The notes under the pieces are model-generated. The model was not told the origin of the DNA and did not search any database. It saw only the letters and a list, made by a program, of their open reading frames with translations. A program made the translations under genes and the position numbers. From Candidatus Jordarchaeales archaeon (GTDB lineage Archaea > Asgardarchaeota > Jordiarchaeia > Jordiarchaeales > Freyrarchaeaceae), in the NCBI GenBank assembly GCA_038889235.1, contig JAWAHN010000001.1, forward strand, positions 1,064,499 to 1,096,498: DNA of 32,000 bases, written 5' to 3'. Numbering within the stretch: position 1 is the stretch's first letter; each line of letters opens with the position of its first letter. Below are positions 1 through 9,659 of the stretch, in pieces.

Positions 1-456
1 TATTTGTCGAGAAAGGTAATCGCCCTCTATGTCGCTTTTTGTCCTTCCCTTTACTACAACAACATGGTCAGCCATTTTGCCAAGGGGTGAGTCTGGATAC
101 GAAGTGATGGCCACGACTTTTGCTCCTATTTCTTCCTTCGCTATCTTCGTGGTTTCCAGTACAAGTTTTGTAGTGCCAGATCCACTAATTGCTATAAGAA
201 TATCTCCTTCTCTAACTGCAGGGGTTATTGTTTCCCCAACAACAAAGACTTCGTATCCGAGGTGCATGAGGCGCATTGCAAAAGCGCGCCCCATTAACCC
301 TGATCTCCCCGCCCCTGCGACAAAAACCCTCTTTTTCTTCCTCCAAACTTCAAGCAAAAGCTCAACTAGTTTATCCACTTCCTCATCATTAATGTTTTCT
401 ATGCAGTCCGAAATTGACCTACAAATTTCAAGCATAGCCCTTTTTAAAGTTCTCAA
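1..456 (-). CDS. hxlB: 6-phospho-3-hexuloisomerase (SIS domain, RuMP pathway); 3' end runs off the window
   Basis: Not in the ORF track; my minus-strand translation reads LRTLKRAMLEICRSISDCIENINDEEVDKLVELLLEVWRKKKRVFVAGAGRSGLMGRAFAMRLMHLGYEVFVVGETITPAVREGDILIAISGSGTT...AITSYPDSPLGKMADHVVVVKGRTK, with the GAGRSG, FAMRLMHLG and SGSGxT motifs of PHI/HxlB. Start TTG 456 or ATG 435. Confidence 0.92.
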   Translation of the reverse strand, partial: MRTLKRAMLEICRSISDCIENINDEEVDKLVELLLEVWRKKKRVFVAGAGRSGLMGRAFAMRLMHLGYEVFVVGETITPAVREGDILIAISGSGTTKLVLETTKIAKEEIGAKVVAITSYPDSPLGKMADHVVVVKGRTKSDIEGDYLSRQI

Positions 457-586
457 GGCTATGACGCTCTTCAGCGTTTTTCGACCTCTTATCGAGGTAA
501 TCCCTAATAAAAACTTTTTTATTAAGCAGGTAATCCCTTCCACGTAGAAGGGGGCCGCCTTCCTACCAATTTCTCGGTGACTGGAT

Positions 587-1060
587 ATGGGACGTGGTAA
601 ATCAAAGTTCTTCGAGGCCGAGCTTAATTGGGTTAAAAACTTCATTTTCGAAATCTCAGTAAACAATTTCCCTAAATTTTACATGGATGAACTTCAACCA
701 GTTGGAGAAGACTCCGCCCCTAATCCTGCAGATTACTTACTCGTCTCCGTGGGAGGCTGTATAGCGTCTTCTTTCTTATATTCCGCGCTAAAGTTCAGAA
801 TCCCTCTTAAAAAGTTGCAGATTAAGGTTCGAGGCGAGTACGTTCGAAAGAACAACCTAATACGGGTTGGTAGAATAAACGTTGAATTACATGCAGACTT
901 AGACGTCGAAAAGACTTCTTTTGAAGATCTAGAGTTTTGTGTAAACTCTTTCAGGAAGTACTGTTTTATTTCAGAATCAGTGAAAGAAGGAATCCCGATA
1001 GATATCTCACTCATAATAGGAGATCGCGTCTTGAAAGTACCTTCTCACGAAGAGGAGTGA
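587..1060 (+). CDS. OsmC/Ohr family protein
   Basis: PNPADYLLVSVGGCIASS and later FRKYCFISES give the two-cysteine OsmC pattern. Confidence 0.85.
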   Translation: MGRGKSKFFEAELNWVKNFIFEISVNNFPKFYMDELQPVGEDSAPNPADYLLVSVGGCIASSFLYSALKFRIPLKKLQIKVRGEYVRKNNLIRVGRINVELHADLDVEKTSFEDLEFCVNSFRKYCFISESVKEGIPIDISLIIGDRVLKVPSHEEE

Positions 1061-1410
1061 ATGATTTCCTTGTAAAGTCTTTTAAGTTTTGGACAAATTT
1101 CCTTTAATTCTCTCCTAGTAACTGTATGGCTGTTCGGACAAAGTTCGTCGCGAATGCACTTCCTTCCATCTTCCGAGAGGACAACCGGGTAGTAACGGCA
1201 TCCTTCTGGCCTGTCCTCATAAACACTGCATAATCCATCTTTCAGAAAGAAGCAAGCTCCATTTACATTCCTCAGTTGGTAGACTCCGCTTGGAAGCCTA
1301 ATAGCGAACTCTTCTCGTTTGAATCCTCTTCGTTCAAGTCTCTTAATATCTCTTATAGAAAGGAGCATTTGTGTGTCGTGGCAACACTTAGCACACTTGC
1401 TACACTTCAT
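1045..1410 (-). CDS. YkgJ family cysteine-cluster (Fe-S/Zn) protein
   Basis: CxxCxxCC at the N-terminus, then C-x-FL, CSVYEDRPEGCRYYP; 16-bp convergent overlap with the OsmC gene. Confidence 0.85.
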   Translation of the reverse strand: MKCSKCAKCCHDTQMLLSIRDIKRLERRGFKREEFAIRLPSGVYQLRNVNGACFFLKDGLCSVYEDRPEGCRYYPVVLSEDGRKCIRDELCPNSHTVTRRELKEICPKLKRLYKEIIHSSS

Positions 1411-1422
1411 AGTCTCCCGCCG

Positions 1423-2397
1423 CTAACTCTTCACGCTTCCGTATTTTTCTACAAGCCACCTCACGTATCTCTTTATACCCTCCTCAGTCGACACCTTGGG
1501 TTTCCACCCTGTCTCCTTCAGTTTAGAAATGTCCAAGATTACCAAAGGGACGTCCCCAATCCAACCTCTCTCTCCCCCAGTGTAGCAGAACTCAACGTCA
1601 GTAAGCCCAAGCTCGCTGACGACTATTTTCGCTATCTCTCTCACCGTGGTAACCTCTTCGGAGCCAACATTGTAAACGTCAAACCCGGTAAATCGCTCCG
1701 TTAAGTGAATGGTAGCATCAACGCAGTCAGAAACGTATAGGTATGATTTAGTTTGGCTTCCATCACCCAGTATCTCTAACTTTTTAGGGTTCTTCTTAAG
1801 CTTCCAGTAAAAGTCATAGATGACCCCATGCGTTGATCGCGGCCCTATGATGTTTGCATACCTTAATGATAACGACGAAATACCGTAGCACGCATGGTAG
1901 GCTGAAAGGTACATTTCGCATGCAGCCTTAGCCGCTCCGTATGGACTTATGGGGCGCGGAGTCAGGTTTTCAGGTGTAGGAACTTGTTTCGCGTCGCCAT
2001 AAAGCGTGCCTCCACTCGAAGCAAAAACCATTTTTCTAGCATCACTGTTCCTCATAGCTTCGAGCACATTTATGGTGCCCTGAACATTGATCTCATAATC
2101 CAAGCGTGGCTCAGATACGCTTCTTCTGACGTCCGCTTGGGCAGCAAAGTGAAAGACAATATCAACGTCTCTAACGCATTTCTCAACCTTCTCGTAGTCA
2201 CGTAGATCACCCACAACAAGCTTAACCTTACCGCTCTTAATGTGCCCCTCGATATTTTCAACAGTTGATCCAGACAGGTTGTCTAGTACGACTACCTCGC
2301 ACTCTCTTACAACTAACGCGTCAACCAAATGGCTACCTATAAAACCACATCCACCGGTAACCAGCGCCTTTATCCCTTCTATTCTCAAGGAGAACAC
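1423..2397 (-). CDS. NAD-dependent epimerase/dehydratase (UDP-glucose 4-epimerase-like extended SDR)
   Basis: GGCGFIGSHL Rossmann motif, HFAA, FASS, YGAAK (YxxxK), RYANIIGP, GDGSQTKSYLYVSD. Confidence 0.9.
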   Translation of the reverse strand: MFSLRIEGIKALVTGGCGFIGSHLVDALVVRECEVVVLDNLSGSTVENIEGHIKSGKVKLVVGDLRDYEKVEKCVRDVDIVFHFAAQADVRRSVSEPRLDYEINVQGTINVLEAMRNSDARKMVFASSGGTLYGDAKQVPTPENLTPRPISPYGAAKAACEMYLSAYHACYGISSLSLRYANIIGPRSTHGVIYDFYWKLKKNPKKLEILGDGSQTKSYLYVSDCVDATIHLTERFTGFDVYNVGSEEVTTVREIAKIVVSELGLTDVEFCYTGGERGWIGDVPLVILDISKLKETGWKPKVSTEEGIKRYVRWLVEKYGSVKS

Positions 2398-2439
2398 ACC
2401 CTTCTTACTTTAACCCGTCTACATCCTTATCAATCCGAA

Positions 2440-3303
2440 TTACTTACCCGTTCTTGCCGCGAGGTAATTAAAGGTTATCGTGAAGGAAAATGAGATGAAC
2501 ATAAGTATGGATGCCGCAAATGCCGCTGCAGGCCAAAGATGCTGTTCTACTAAGTCTACTATTAGCACAGGGACTGTCTTAACCGGTCCCATCACAACCA
2601 ATGTAGCCCCGGTTTCCCCAAGACTTCTCGTAAACGCCAGTATTGCTCCCGATATTATGCCGGGCCTTATTACCGGTAGCGTCACTGTTGTAAAAGCTTT
2701 GAACGGGCTAGCTCCAAGCACTCTCGCAGCTTCTTCGAGCGATATGTCATAGTTCATGAGCTGAGCATAGACGGATCTTATCACGTAAGGTGTTGTGAAA
2801 ACAGTGTGCGCAAGTATTATCAGCCAGAGTCCGGGGGGTATTAGTGAAAGCCCTTTAGCTGACCCCCAAAATAGATAGACTGCAAATCCTAGCGCCGATG
2901 AGGGGACTATTAAGGGTACATTCGTCAATGTGTCCAAAAAGGTTATTCCTCGAACTTTCTTTCGTGCTAAGAAAAATCCTGCCGGCACCCCTACCGCCAA
3001 ACCGATCATCGTGACTACTGTTGCAATCAGGACGGAGTTTATTAGGCTTTCAATAAAGTTTCTACTTACGTTAGCCGTGGAATAGAAAAACTGATATTGT
3101 ACTCCCTCAGTGGGGTCTAGTGTATATGGTGAATAGCTCCACCACCGCCAAGTGTAGTAAAAAATGTAGAATATCGGGGCGAAAACCACAAAGCACACTA
3201 CTATGAATGTCAACGCGTACCCTATGAATCTAACCGGCTTATAAGACATCACTTCATCAACCTTAAGCATTAACCTCGTCACTTTTCCTGGCAATTCACC
3301 CAC
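2440..3303 (-). CDS. ABC transporter permease, ModB/CysT/WtpB class
   Basis: Multiple TM helices, EAA loop LEEAARVLGAS, FTRSLGETGAT motif. Start uncertain (GTG 3303, TTG 3294 or ATG 3270). Confidence 0.88.
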   Translation of the reverse strand: MGELPGKVTRLMLKVDEVMSYKPVRFIGYALTFIVVCFVVFAPIFYIFYYTWRWWSYSPYTLDPTEGVQYQFFYSTANVSRNFIESLINSVLIATVVTMIGLAVGVPAGFFLARKKVRGITFLDTLTNVPLIVPSSALGFAVYLFWGSAKGLSLIPPGLWLIILAHTVFTTPYVIRSVYAQLMNYDISLEEAARVLGASPFKAFTTVTLPVIRPGIISGAILAFTRSLGETGATLVVMGPVKTVPVLIVDLVEQHLWPAAAFAASILMFISFSFTITFNYLAARTGK

Positions 3304-3308
3304 CTCTC

Positions 3309-4223
3309 TTAAACAGCTCTTGCGAAGGCCGCACCCATAATTTTCCTGAAAATAAAGATAGAAACGCACGCTATCCCTACTAATATAATGCTGAGAAAGG
3401 CTGCCGGTGTGATCAAGAGCCCTGCTTTCCACTCTACGACCAGTATTGGGGCTGTGGTGAACACTCCCGCAACCACTATTGTCGCTCCAGTTTCCCCCAA
3501 ACTCCTAGTAAAAGCAAGAATTGAGCCAGCAAATATACCTGGGGCCATTAGAGGGAGGGTGATCGTCCTAAACCTTGTAAAGCTTTTTGCTCCAAGGGTT
3601 TGTGCTGCTTCAGAGTACGCTGGGTCTATGCTTTCAAGTACAGCGGAAAGCGTTCTCACAATGTATGGAAAAGTAAATGAGACGTGAGCGAGCAAAAGTA
3701 ACGGTGGGATTCCCAGCACGTTACCTCCTATAATTTGATCGAGGCTAAACATTCCAGTGGTTGATCCTAAAAACCCGCTAACCCCCTCACGCGTCCCCCA
3801 GAAAATCAGCGTAGCAAATCCTAATGCACTGGTTGGGGTGGCAAGTGGTATGTTGACCAAAGTGTCCAAGAAGCGGCGACCCGGGATATCTTTCTGAAGG
3901 ACAAAGGCCACGGGAGTTCCTATAATGACATCTACAATAGTGGCATAGAAGGCCAGTTTAAATGAAAGAATCAAGCTCTCTTTTAGCATCTCCCACCTGG
4001 TTGAGTGTAAAATTGGGTGGTTGAATACATTATAGTCTACTTCCCACCAGTCAATTATGATGTAACTTGCGAGGTGTAGTATGGGTGCTAGTAGTAGCAC
4101 AAATATAGCCAATAAAATGAGTGAATCTTTCAGTATTATGAACCACCTGGCGTAAAGGATTTTGTTCGTTATTTTTTCAATAGTAACTCTCGTGCTTGAA
4201 GTTTTGCCCTCCTGGTCATTCAT
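3309..4223 (-). CDS. ABC transporter permease, ModB/CysT/WtpB class (paralogue of the neighbour)
   Basis: EAA loop YSEAAQTLGAK, FTRSLGETGAT, DTLVNIPLATPTSALGFA; ATG 4223 overlaps the upstream stop. Confidence 0.88.
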   Translation of the reverse strand: MNDQEGKTSSTRVTIEKITNKILYARWFIILKDSLILLAIFVLLLAPILHLASYIIIDWWEVDYNVFNHPILHSTRWEMLKESLILSFKLAFYATIVDVIIGTPVAFVLQKDIPGRRFLDTLVNIPLATPTSALGFATLIFWGTREGVSGFLGSTTGMFSLDQIIGGNVLGIPPLLLLAHVSFTFPYIVRTLSAVLESIDPAYSEAAQTLGAKSFTRFRTITLPLMAPGIFAGSILAFTRSLGETGATIVVAGVFTTAPILVVEWKAGLLITPAAFLSIILVGIACVSIFIFRKIMGAAFARAV

Positions 4224-5413
4224 GCTGCTTGCACCCCTCTGTTCCGTACGGCATCCCACGTAATTATTGCGAGTTCTAGGATGAACCCAGGAGGTGGAGA
4301 CAGTATCTTTGAGGGTATTTCGGGGCTTACGCCTCTCTCGGGGTTGAAAATTGAGGGATCTAATTCAACACTCTTATTGGCTGGCCTAAAACCATACTTT
4401 TGAGCGGCTTTTTGTGCTTCCGGGCGCATAAGGTACTCGTAAAGCTTCTCAGCTGCAAAAACTTGGAGCGGAGTAACCCACGGTGCGTTCAGTATCACAA
4501 AAGGATGGTCTGAGAGCAGAACCCCCTCCTCTGGATATACCGCTATTAATGAATCACCCCAAACTTGCCTTGCAGCCTTCGACTTTGCAATGACTACGCT
4601 TTCATAAACCGCGAAAACAGATATTACGCCAGGTCCACCTTCAACGGCCCAGTCGCCGAAAAACCCTGTGCTTTCACCATACTGAACTGCTTCAGCCTCT
4701 AGGGCGGCGACCATGCTTTGAACACTCAGGTTTGCGAAGTCTAGGACAGTTAGCTCGCTAGGCTCCTTGCCTGCGGCGGCAGCAAATTGCAGGAGCACGA
4801 TCATTGCCCCACTATTCGAGAGGTGAGGATTTGTGTGGCCATACTTCAATACCCCTGCGCTCCCGTCCGGGTCCCTCATCGCGATGCTTATAAGCTCTTT
4901 TATTCCTTTAAACGGATATAGTTGGTAAAAACTATTGTTCCAAGTAGCCAAGACTATGGGAGAAATTACTAGCGGTCGTATGTTTACTTCATCCGCTATG
5001 TTCCATCCGTATATTTCCCTCCACTTTTCATTTAGATAAGGAATCCATATCGACGATGCAGGGCTCCATACCACAGGACGTAGTTGTCCATTGACTATTT
5101 GCTTAACTGACTCTATACTCCCCATAGCTATAAAATTGCACTCAACATTTATGAAAAAGGTGCTTTCAAACCATTTCTCGAAACCTTCTTTTACCTCATC
5201 AATCCACTTCCTTTTCTCACTACCATAAACAAACGTCAATTTTACAGTCGGAATAGTTCCCTCAACGTTAACCAGTTTAGCCTGGGAAAACGCATACATC
5301 ACAAAATAACCGACCATGAAGCCAACGAGAAATACGAGCAATATGAAAGCAAGGCTGTACCGCCGTCTCCTATACATCACAACACCATCCAACTCTTGAA
5401 ATCTATCGCCCAA
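4220..5413 (-). CDS. Membrane-anchored extracellular solute-binding protein (resembles the SBP_bac_11 / vWA-associated type)
   Basis: Basic N-terminus plus one TM helix, then YGSEKRKW, GSIES, PVVWSPASSIW, SPIVLATW, GHTNPHLSNSG, VYESVVI, YPEEGVLLSDHPF, YGFRP. Start TTG 5413 or ATG 5377. Confidence 0.8.
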   Translation of the reverse strand: MGDRFQELDGVVMYRRRRYSLAFILLVFLVGFMVGYFVMYAFSQAKLVNVEGTIPTVKLTFVYGSEKRKWIDEVKEGFEKWFESTFFINVECNFIAMGSIESVKQIVNGQLRPVVWSPASSIWIPYLNEKWREIYGWNIADEVNIRPLVISPIVLATWNNSFYQLYPFKGIKELISIAMRDPDGSAGVLKYGHTNPHLSNSGAMIVLLQFAAAAGKEPSELTVLDFANLSVQSMVAALEAEAVQYGESTGFFGDWAVEGGPGVISVFAVYESVVIAKSKAARQVWGDSLIAVYPEEGVLLSDHPFVILNAPWVTPLQVFAAEKLYEYLMRPEAQKAAQKYGFRPANKSVELDPSIFNPERGVSPEIPSKILSPPPGFILELAIITWDAVRNRGVQAA

Positions 5414-5433
5414 TTACCCTTGTTAGGCATGCC

Positions 5434-5449
5434 TCTAAAAACGTTTCTT
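5434..5449 (-). promoter_or_regulatory. BRE/TATA promoter of the ABC transporter operon
   Basis: Minus strand AAGAAACG-TTTTTAGA about 25 nt upstream of 5413. Confidence 0.55.
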
Positions 5450-5511
5450 AGAAATACAAGTAATGCAGGTCCCCTGACTCTATCAAGACTTTTAAACATG
5501 ACAAGGCAAAG

Positions 5512-7134
5512 TCATCCTTTCTTACACAATATTTTCTTCCCTTTACTAATTTCTCTTAATATAGCTTCACCATAGCTCGTGTTTTTTCTTAGTTTAATTT
5601 TACCCGTTCCATTCGCTTTCAACGTGAAAAGGTATTTATCGTCAGCGTAAACATCGACGTTTGCCCCTGCATAATCTTCAGGTAGCGTAATAACAACATG
5701 TTTCTTCCTTTCCTCGATCTCCACGGGTACCTCTTCTCTAGTTGCCGCCCTCTCCCTTTTCTTCTCAGCCTTCCTTATTCTTTCCTGAAAGATGGGAACT
5801 ACAACCGTTTGTTCGCCAAAAGTATATATCTCGTATAGCAGTTTGCCAGTTTCAAAGTCTCTCACTTCTATCACGGGTCTCGCAAGGTCTGCTTCAGTCA
5901 TCCCTGTTGGAACTTTAACTGTGATGTTTAATGAAAGAACTTGTTGCACTTTTCCATCTTCAATAAAGATAACAGTGTCTATCACTCTGCATATGAGGCC
6001 CAAATCCACCCGTCCTATGAACCTCTGAATGGCGTCTATAGGCTTAGACGCGTGGACGACACCTACAAGCCCTACTCCTGCAAATCTTAAGTCGGCGAAT
6101 ATCTGGAAGTCCTTTGTCTTCCTAAGCTCGTCGTATATACAGTAGTCCGGCCTTACAAGTAGGAGGACGTCTGCGGTTCGTTCCATGTCTCCTCCCAGAG
6201 CTGTGTATTGTGTTATCTCCGGGCTAACTTGCAAGTCTCTTGGCTTCTCAAGTGTCTTGACGATTTTTCCCTGTTTCTGGTAAAACTCTGCTAGGGCACT
6301 TGCGAATGTAGACTTCCCCGCGCCCGGTCTCCCAGCAATAAGTATTCCCTCCGCCTCCTCCATCAACCTCTTCTTCAGTTTTTCGGAGGGAGCATAGTCG
6401 TCTAGTGTCACTTTCAGTATTGGACGTACAGCTGTGATCTCCATTCTCTCAGAGAATGGTGGCCTAGTTATAGCTATGCGGTACTCTCTCAGTTGTATAA
6501 CGGTTGCCCCCTCCTCGTCTATTTCAATAAAACACCTAGGTGTACTTTTGGCTTCCTCTATTATTTGTGAAGCCAGCTCTTCCAGCTCCGCTCTAGTTAA
6601 CGGTTTATCTGACAGTTTTTCGAGTCTCCAGTTTCCAGGGGCCCCACGCTTAGTTAGTGGGGGCACATCTTCTTTTAGGTGAACCGAAAGCGAGTCCTCC
6701 AAAAAGAAGTCTTGAATCCTCTTCTTTTCTCTCTTCTCTTCCTTTATTAGTAGCACATTTATTCCTTCAGCCTCACACATCGCTGCCTGGATGTAATCGC
6801 TAGTAATAAGGGTCGCAGAGTGTTTTTCAGTCTCGCGCCGAATCAGATTGTCAAGTTCTCCTCCAGGAGCTAGTTTTACTTGTTGAAGCGTAGGTCTCTC
6901 ACCAACGATCTTTATCTTAACCTTCCCATTCTTCTCAAGCTGTCTGAGCCTTCTCAACTCTTCAAGGCCATGAAAACCCGTTGCTTTGGCCATATTTGCC
7001 TGGTGTTCTATTTCAGCCAAAACAACCTGAGGTATTATAATCTCGACTTCATCCCCAAACTTTCCAGCTTCAATGTCCCTCGAAATTCCTGAGCCAACAA
7101 GCACACTAGTATCCACGACGTATCGTGCAACCAA
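5512..7134 (-). CDS. PINA-type PIN domain + PilT/VirB11-like ATPase (Holliday-junction branch-migration ATPase family)
   Basis: N-terminal PIN ([21 protein letters not shown]), Walker [46 protein letters not shown]. Confidence 0.88.
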   Translation of the reverse strand: MVARYVVDTSVLVGSGISRDIEAGKFGDEVEIIIPQVVLAEIEHQANMAKATGFHGLEELRRLRQLEKNGKVKIKIVGERPTLQQVKLAPGGELDNLIRRETEKHSATLITSDYIQAAMCEAEGINVLLIKEEKREKKRIQDFFLEDSLSVHLKEDVPPLTKRGAPGNWRLEKLSDKPLTRAELEELASQIIEEAKSTPRCFIEIDEEGATVIQLREYRIAITRPPFSERMEITAVRPILKVTLDDYAPSEKLKKRLMEEAEGILIAGRPGAGKSTFASALAEFYQKQGKIVKTLEKPRDLQVSPEITQYTALGGDMERTADVLLLVRPDYCIYDELRKTKDFQIFADLRFAGVGLVGVVHASKPIDAIQRFIGRVDLGLICRVIDTVIFIEDGKVQQVLSLNITVKVPTGMTEADLARPVIEVRDFETGKLLYEIYTFGEQTVVVPIFQERIRKAEKKRERAATREEVPVEIEERKKHVVITLPEDYAGANVDVYADDKYLFTLKANGTGKIKLRKNTSYGEAILREISKGKKILCKKG

Positions 7135-7156
7135 AACTTCCTACCTCACCTTAATA

Positions 7157-7170
7157 ATTTAAAAGCGTTT
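7157..7170 (-). promoter_or_regulatory. BRE/TATA promoter of the PINA gene
   Basis: Minus strand AAACGC-TTTTAAAT about 24 nt upstream of the start codon. Confidence 0.5.
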
Positions 7171-7206
7171 ACTTAGATTGAAAAACAAAAGGAGAAGCTA
7201 TTAGCA

Positions 7207-7785
7207 TTAACGTGCGGAAAGCGCTATTCTCTCTATCTGGTCTTTCTGTCTTACAGCATAGCTTTTAAGGTCGTTGTTGGCGGCAAGTATGATTTCCTCT
7301 GCAAGACACTCATCTATCGTTTTCCTGTTGCCGAAACTTTTCTTTCTGGCTCCCTCTGTTAAGAATCTCAGTGCGAGGTCGACACGCCTCATGGGTGCAA
7401 CGTCACAAGAGGTAAAGTATATTGCTCCACCATAGATCAATCTGCTAGTTTCCTCACGAGGTGCAGAGTTCTCTATTGCTCTCACAAGCACTTGTATCGG
7501 GTTTTCCCCAGTTTTGAGCTCAATTAGCTTAAATGCGTTCCTAACAATGTTTAATGCTTTAATTTTCTTCCCAGTATTTTCTCCTGGACGCATGAGCTTA
7601 TTAGCAAGTCTCTCAACTATCGGAACATTCGCCTTCATGAACCTTCTATGCTCATGTCTTCCCCCAGTGTGTGGCACTAGAACTGGTTTAAGACTTATAT
7701 ATTGTTTAAGACCTGGATCCCGTACTTCGATGTTTGACGTGTCCCATATTCCAAAAACTTTAATTTTCGTTTCCTCGCCGCTCAA
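7207..7785 (-). CDS. rps7: 30S ribosomal protein uS7
   Basis: [40 protein letters not shown]-like [28 protein letters not shown]. Confidence 0.97.
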   Translation of the reverse strand: MSGEETKIKVFGIWDTSNIEVRDPGLKQYISLKPVLVPHTGGRHEHRRFMKANVPIVERLANKLMRPGENTGKKIKALNIVRNAFKLIELKTGENPIQVLVRAIENSAPREETSRLIYGGAIYFTSCDVAPMRRVDLALRFLTEGARKKSFGNRKTIDECLAEEIILAANNDLKSYAVRQKDQIERIALSAR

Positions 7786-7802
7786 AGTTGCGTGTCCTCC
7801 CT

Positions 7803-8243
7803 TTACCGTATAGGTTTTTCTTTCTTGCCAGCAAGAAGCGCTTCGAGGGAGACTCCGTTAACTTTAATAACCTTCCAGCGTATCCCTGGGAGGTCTCCCA
7901 TGGACCGCCCTTTCCTACCTCCAATACCCTCAACTATCACTTCATCGTGTTCGTCCACAAAGAGGAGGGCTCCGTCTCCGGGGAGAAATGCTGTTATCTG
8001 TTTTCCATTCTTGGCGAGCTGCACACGAACGGCCTTCCGTATAGCAGAGTTAGGCTGCCTAGCCTCTATACCTACCTTCTCAATCACTATTCCTCGCGCC
8101 TGAGGGGCTCCCATGAGAGGGTCTACTTTAAGCTTAAGTTTCAAGGCTCTCCTCTTAAAGTATATGCTGCTCCACTTAAACTTCTTACGTTTCTTGGCCA
8201 GTGTACGGGCGGCGAACTCGCCTTTAGGTGCCTTTTTGCCCAT
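7803..8243 (-). CDS. rps12: 30S ribosomal protein uS12
   Basis: [45 protein letters not shown]. Confidence 0.98.
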   Translation of the reverse strand: MGKKAPKGEFAARTLAKKRKKFKWSSIYFKRRALKLKLKVDPLMGAPQARGIVIEKVGIEARQPNSAIRKAVRVQLAKNGKQITAFLPGDGALLFVDEHDEVIVEGIGGRKGRSMGDLPGIRWKVIKVNGVSLEALLAGKKEKPIR

Positions 8244-8292
8244 CTCTCGTACCTCTCTTCAGAGGTTATCATTATCAAGCTGAGATCATCTA

Positions 8293-8307
8293 CTTAAATA
8301 CTTGTCG
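8293..8307 (-). promoter_or_regulatory. BRE/TATA promoter of rps12-rps7
   Basis: Minus strand CGACAAG-TATTTAAG about 50 nt upstream of the rps12 ATG. Confidence 0.55.
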
Positions 8308-8446
8308 CGTCCTCCCTGTAAGCATGCCATTTAATTATAGCAAATAAATGTTAGAGCCCCTCAAAGGGAACAAGGTTTAAAATGTTGCTTTTCCCTCTGT
8401 TTTGCAAGTCTCGGAAAAAGGCGGCGTCATGACGGCTGTGATATGC

Positions 8447-9166
8447 ATGAGTATCAAAATTCATCTAAAAAAAGAATACAATTTTGAGGGGTGCACTTTC
8501 ATAACAGGATTCCATAGTGCAATAGGCGAAGTAGGCTACATCGCTATCAGGCACATTGTTAAAACCCTAAACCCTGAAAGAATAGGTGTAATCGAGACGA
8601 AGCTTTTCCCTCCGTTCGTCTGGTTTAAAGGCGACGGCATTGCGTTCCCTTTCGAGCTCCTTAAGCATGACGACTTCGTCATACTTTTCCCTAGAATTTT
8701 ACCTCATGGAGATGAGCACAAGGACTTCGCTTTTACAGTCGCGGACTGGGTTATAAAAGAAAAGTTTAGTAGAGCAATTCTAATAGGTGGGCTTGACAGT
8801 CGATTTAGGCAAGAAAATGAACTTTTCAGAGTGGTTTCTACTAAAGCAGGTTATTCGGAGGCGTTAAAACTTGGCGCATCTTTTTTAGACGAAGAACTAG
8901 GCATTTTTGGCCCCTTAGCTCTAATGCTGGCATGCTTCGAACTAAACAGCTTCCCAGCTGTAGCTATCCTACCCTTTGCTGAGCGAGGCCGGCCAGACCC
9001 TAGAGCAGCAGCGGTCGCCGTTGACATTTTAAGAGAAAAGTATGGCCTATCGGTGAAAAGCGACCCACTAATACAAGATGCGAGGGAAATAGAGGCAGAG
9101 ATCGAAAAAATATTGAGGCAGCAAGAGAAAGTCTCCGGCGGCGGAGAAGAAGGAATGTACATTTAA
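8447..9166 (+). CDS. PAC2-family proteasome assembly chaperone / activator (PbaA/PbaB-like) with C-terminal HbYX
   Basis: ITGFHSAIGEVGYIA, ILIGGLD, IFGPLALML, PDPRAAA; ends EEGMYI (hydrophobic-Tyr-X). ATG 8447 preferred. Confidence 0.85.
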   Translation: MSIKIHLKKEYNFEGCTFITGFHSAIGEVGYIAIRHIVKTLNPERIGVIETKLFPPFVWFKGDGIAFPFELLKHDDFVILFPRILPHGDEHKDFAFTVADWVIKEKFSRAILIGGLDSRFRQENELFRVVSTKAGYSEALKLGASFLDEELGIFGPLALMLACFELNSFPAVAILPFAERGRPDPRAAAVAVDILREKYGLSVKSDPLIQDAREIEAEIEKILRQQEKVSGGGEEGMYI

Positions 9167-9599
9167 TCACCCACATATCCACTACCGGGAGCAAAGGTAA
9201 CTTGTCTCCGCCTTACCAAAAGCAAGCTCTTGCTGGCCACTGTTATTTTTGAGTACCTTTTTCGATCTCCTTGTTGACTTTTGTTTGCCGCCTCGCCCTT
9301 TAAAATATCAATTTTTACATTTTTCACGCCACTTCTCAAACTCACTTTCCCCCCTAAGTGTGTCGTGTGTCTTTCGTCACGGAATCTCATTTTTGTCCCG
9401 GAAAGCCGCCGTCTGAATTTTGGCACTATGCGAATAGTCTGAGGCAAGGCTTCACGGAATCATCTTGCAAGTAATAGTTCTTCTCGTAGTGAAAATGTGT
9501 ATCGTGAAAGACGAGAAAACGTATCTCTCCCGGCTTCCAGTCTACTTTTAAGTTAACCTTGTTCGTTAAGTGTGTAAATATCGGGATGAGTTGCTTTCT

Positions 9600-9613
9600 G
9601 AAAGAATTTAAAT
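9600..9613 (+). promoter_or_regulatory. BRE/TATA promoter of tRNA-Arg
   Basis: GAAAGA-ATTTAAAT; implies a transcription start near 9634-9638. Confidence 0.65.
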
Positions 9614-9659
9614 CCCCTCACTGCTCTACTCATATGTAGGCGGGTCGTTAGGGTCTGTA

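Noticed and set aside
29-547. 172-aa plus-strand ORF
   Set aside because: In-register antisense shadow of hxlB, which carries the recognisable motifs.
8255-8275. Box C/box D-like pair (ATGATAA...CTGA, minus strand) in the rps12 leader, a possible L7Ae K-loop
   Set aside because: Box C deviates at the pairing position and there is no supporting stem.
9163-9447. 94-aa minus-strand ORF
   Set aside because: No recognisable domain or RBS; not called as a CDS, only noted as part of an unexplained spacer.
9377-9461. 10-bp direct repeat TCACGGAATC, two copies
   Set aside because: One such repeat is not unlikely by chance in a spacer of this size; no array structure.
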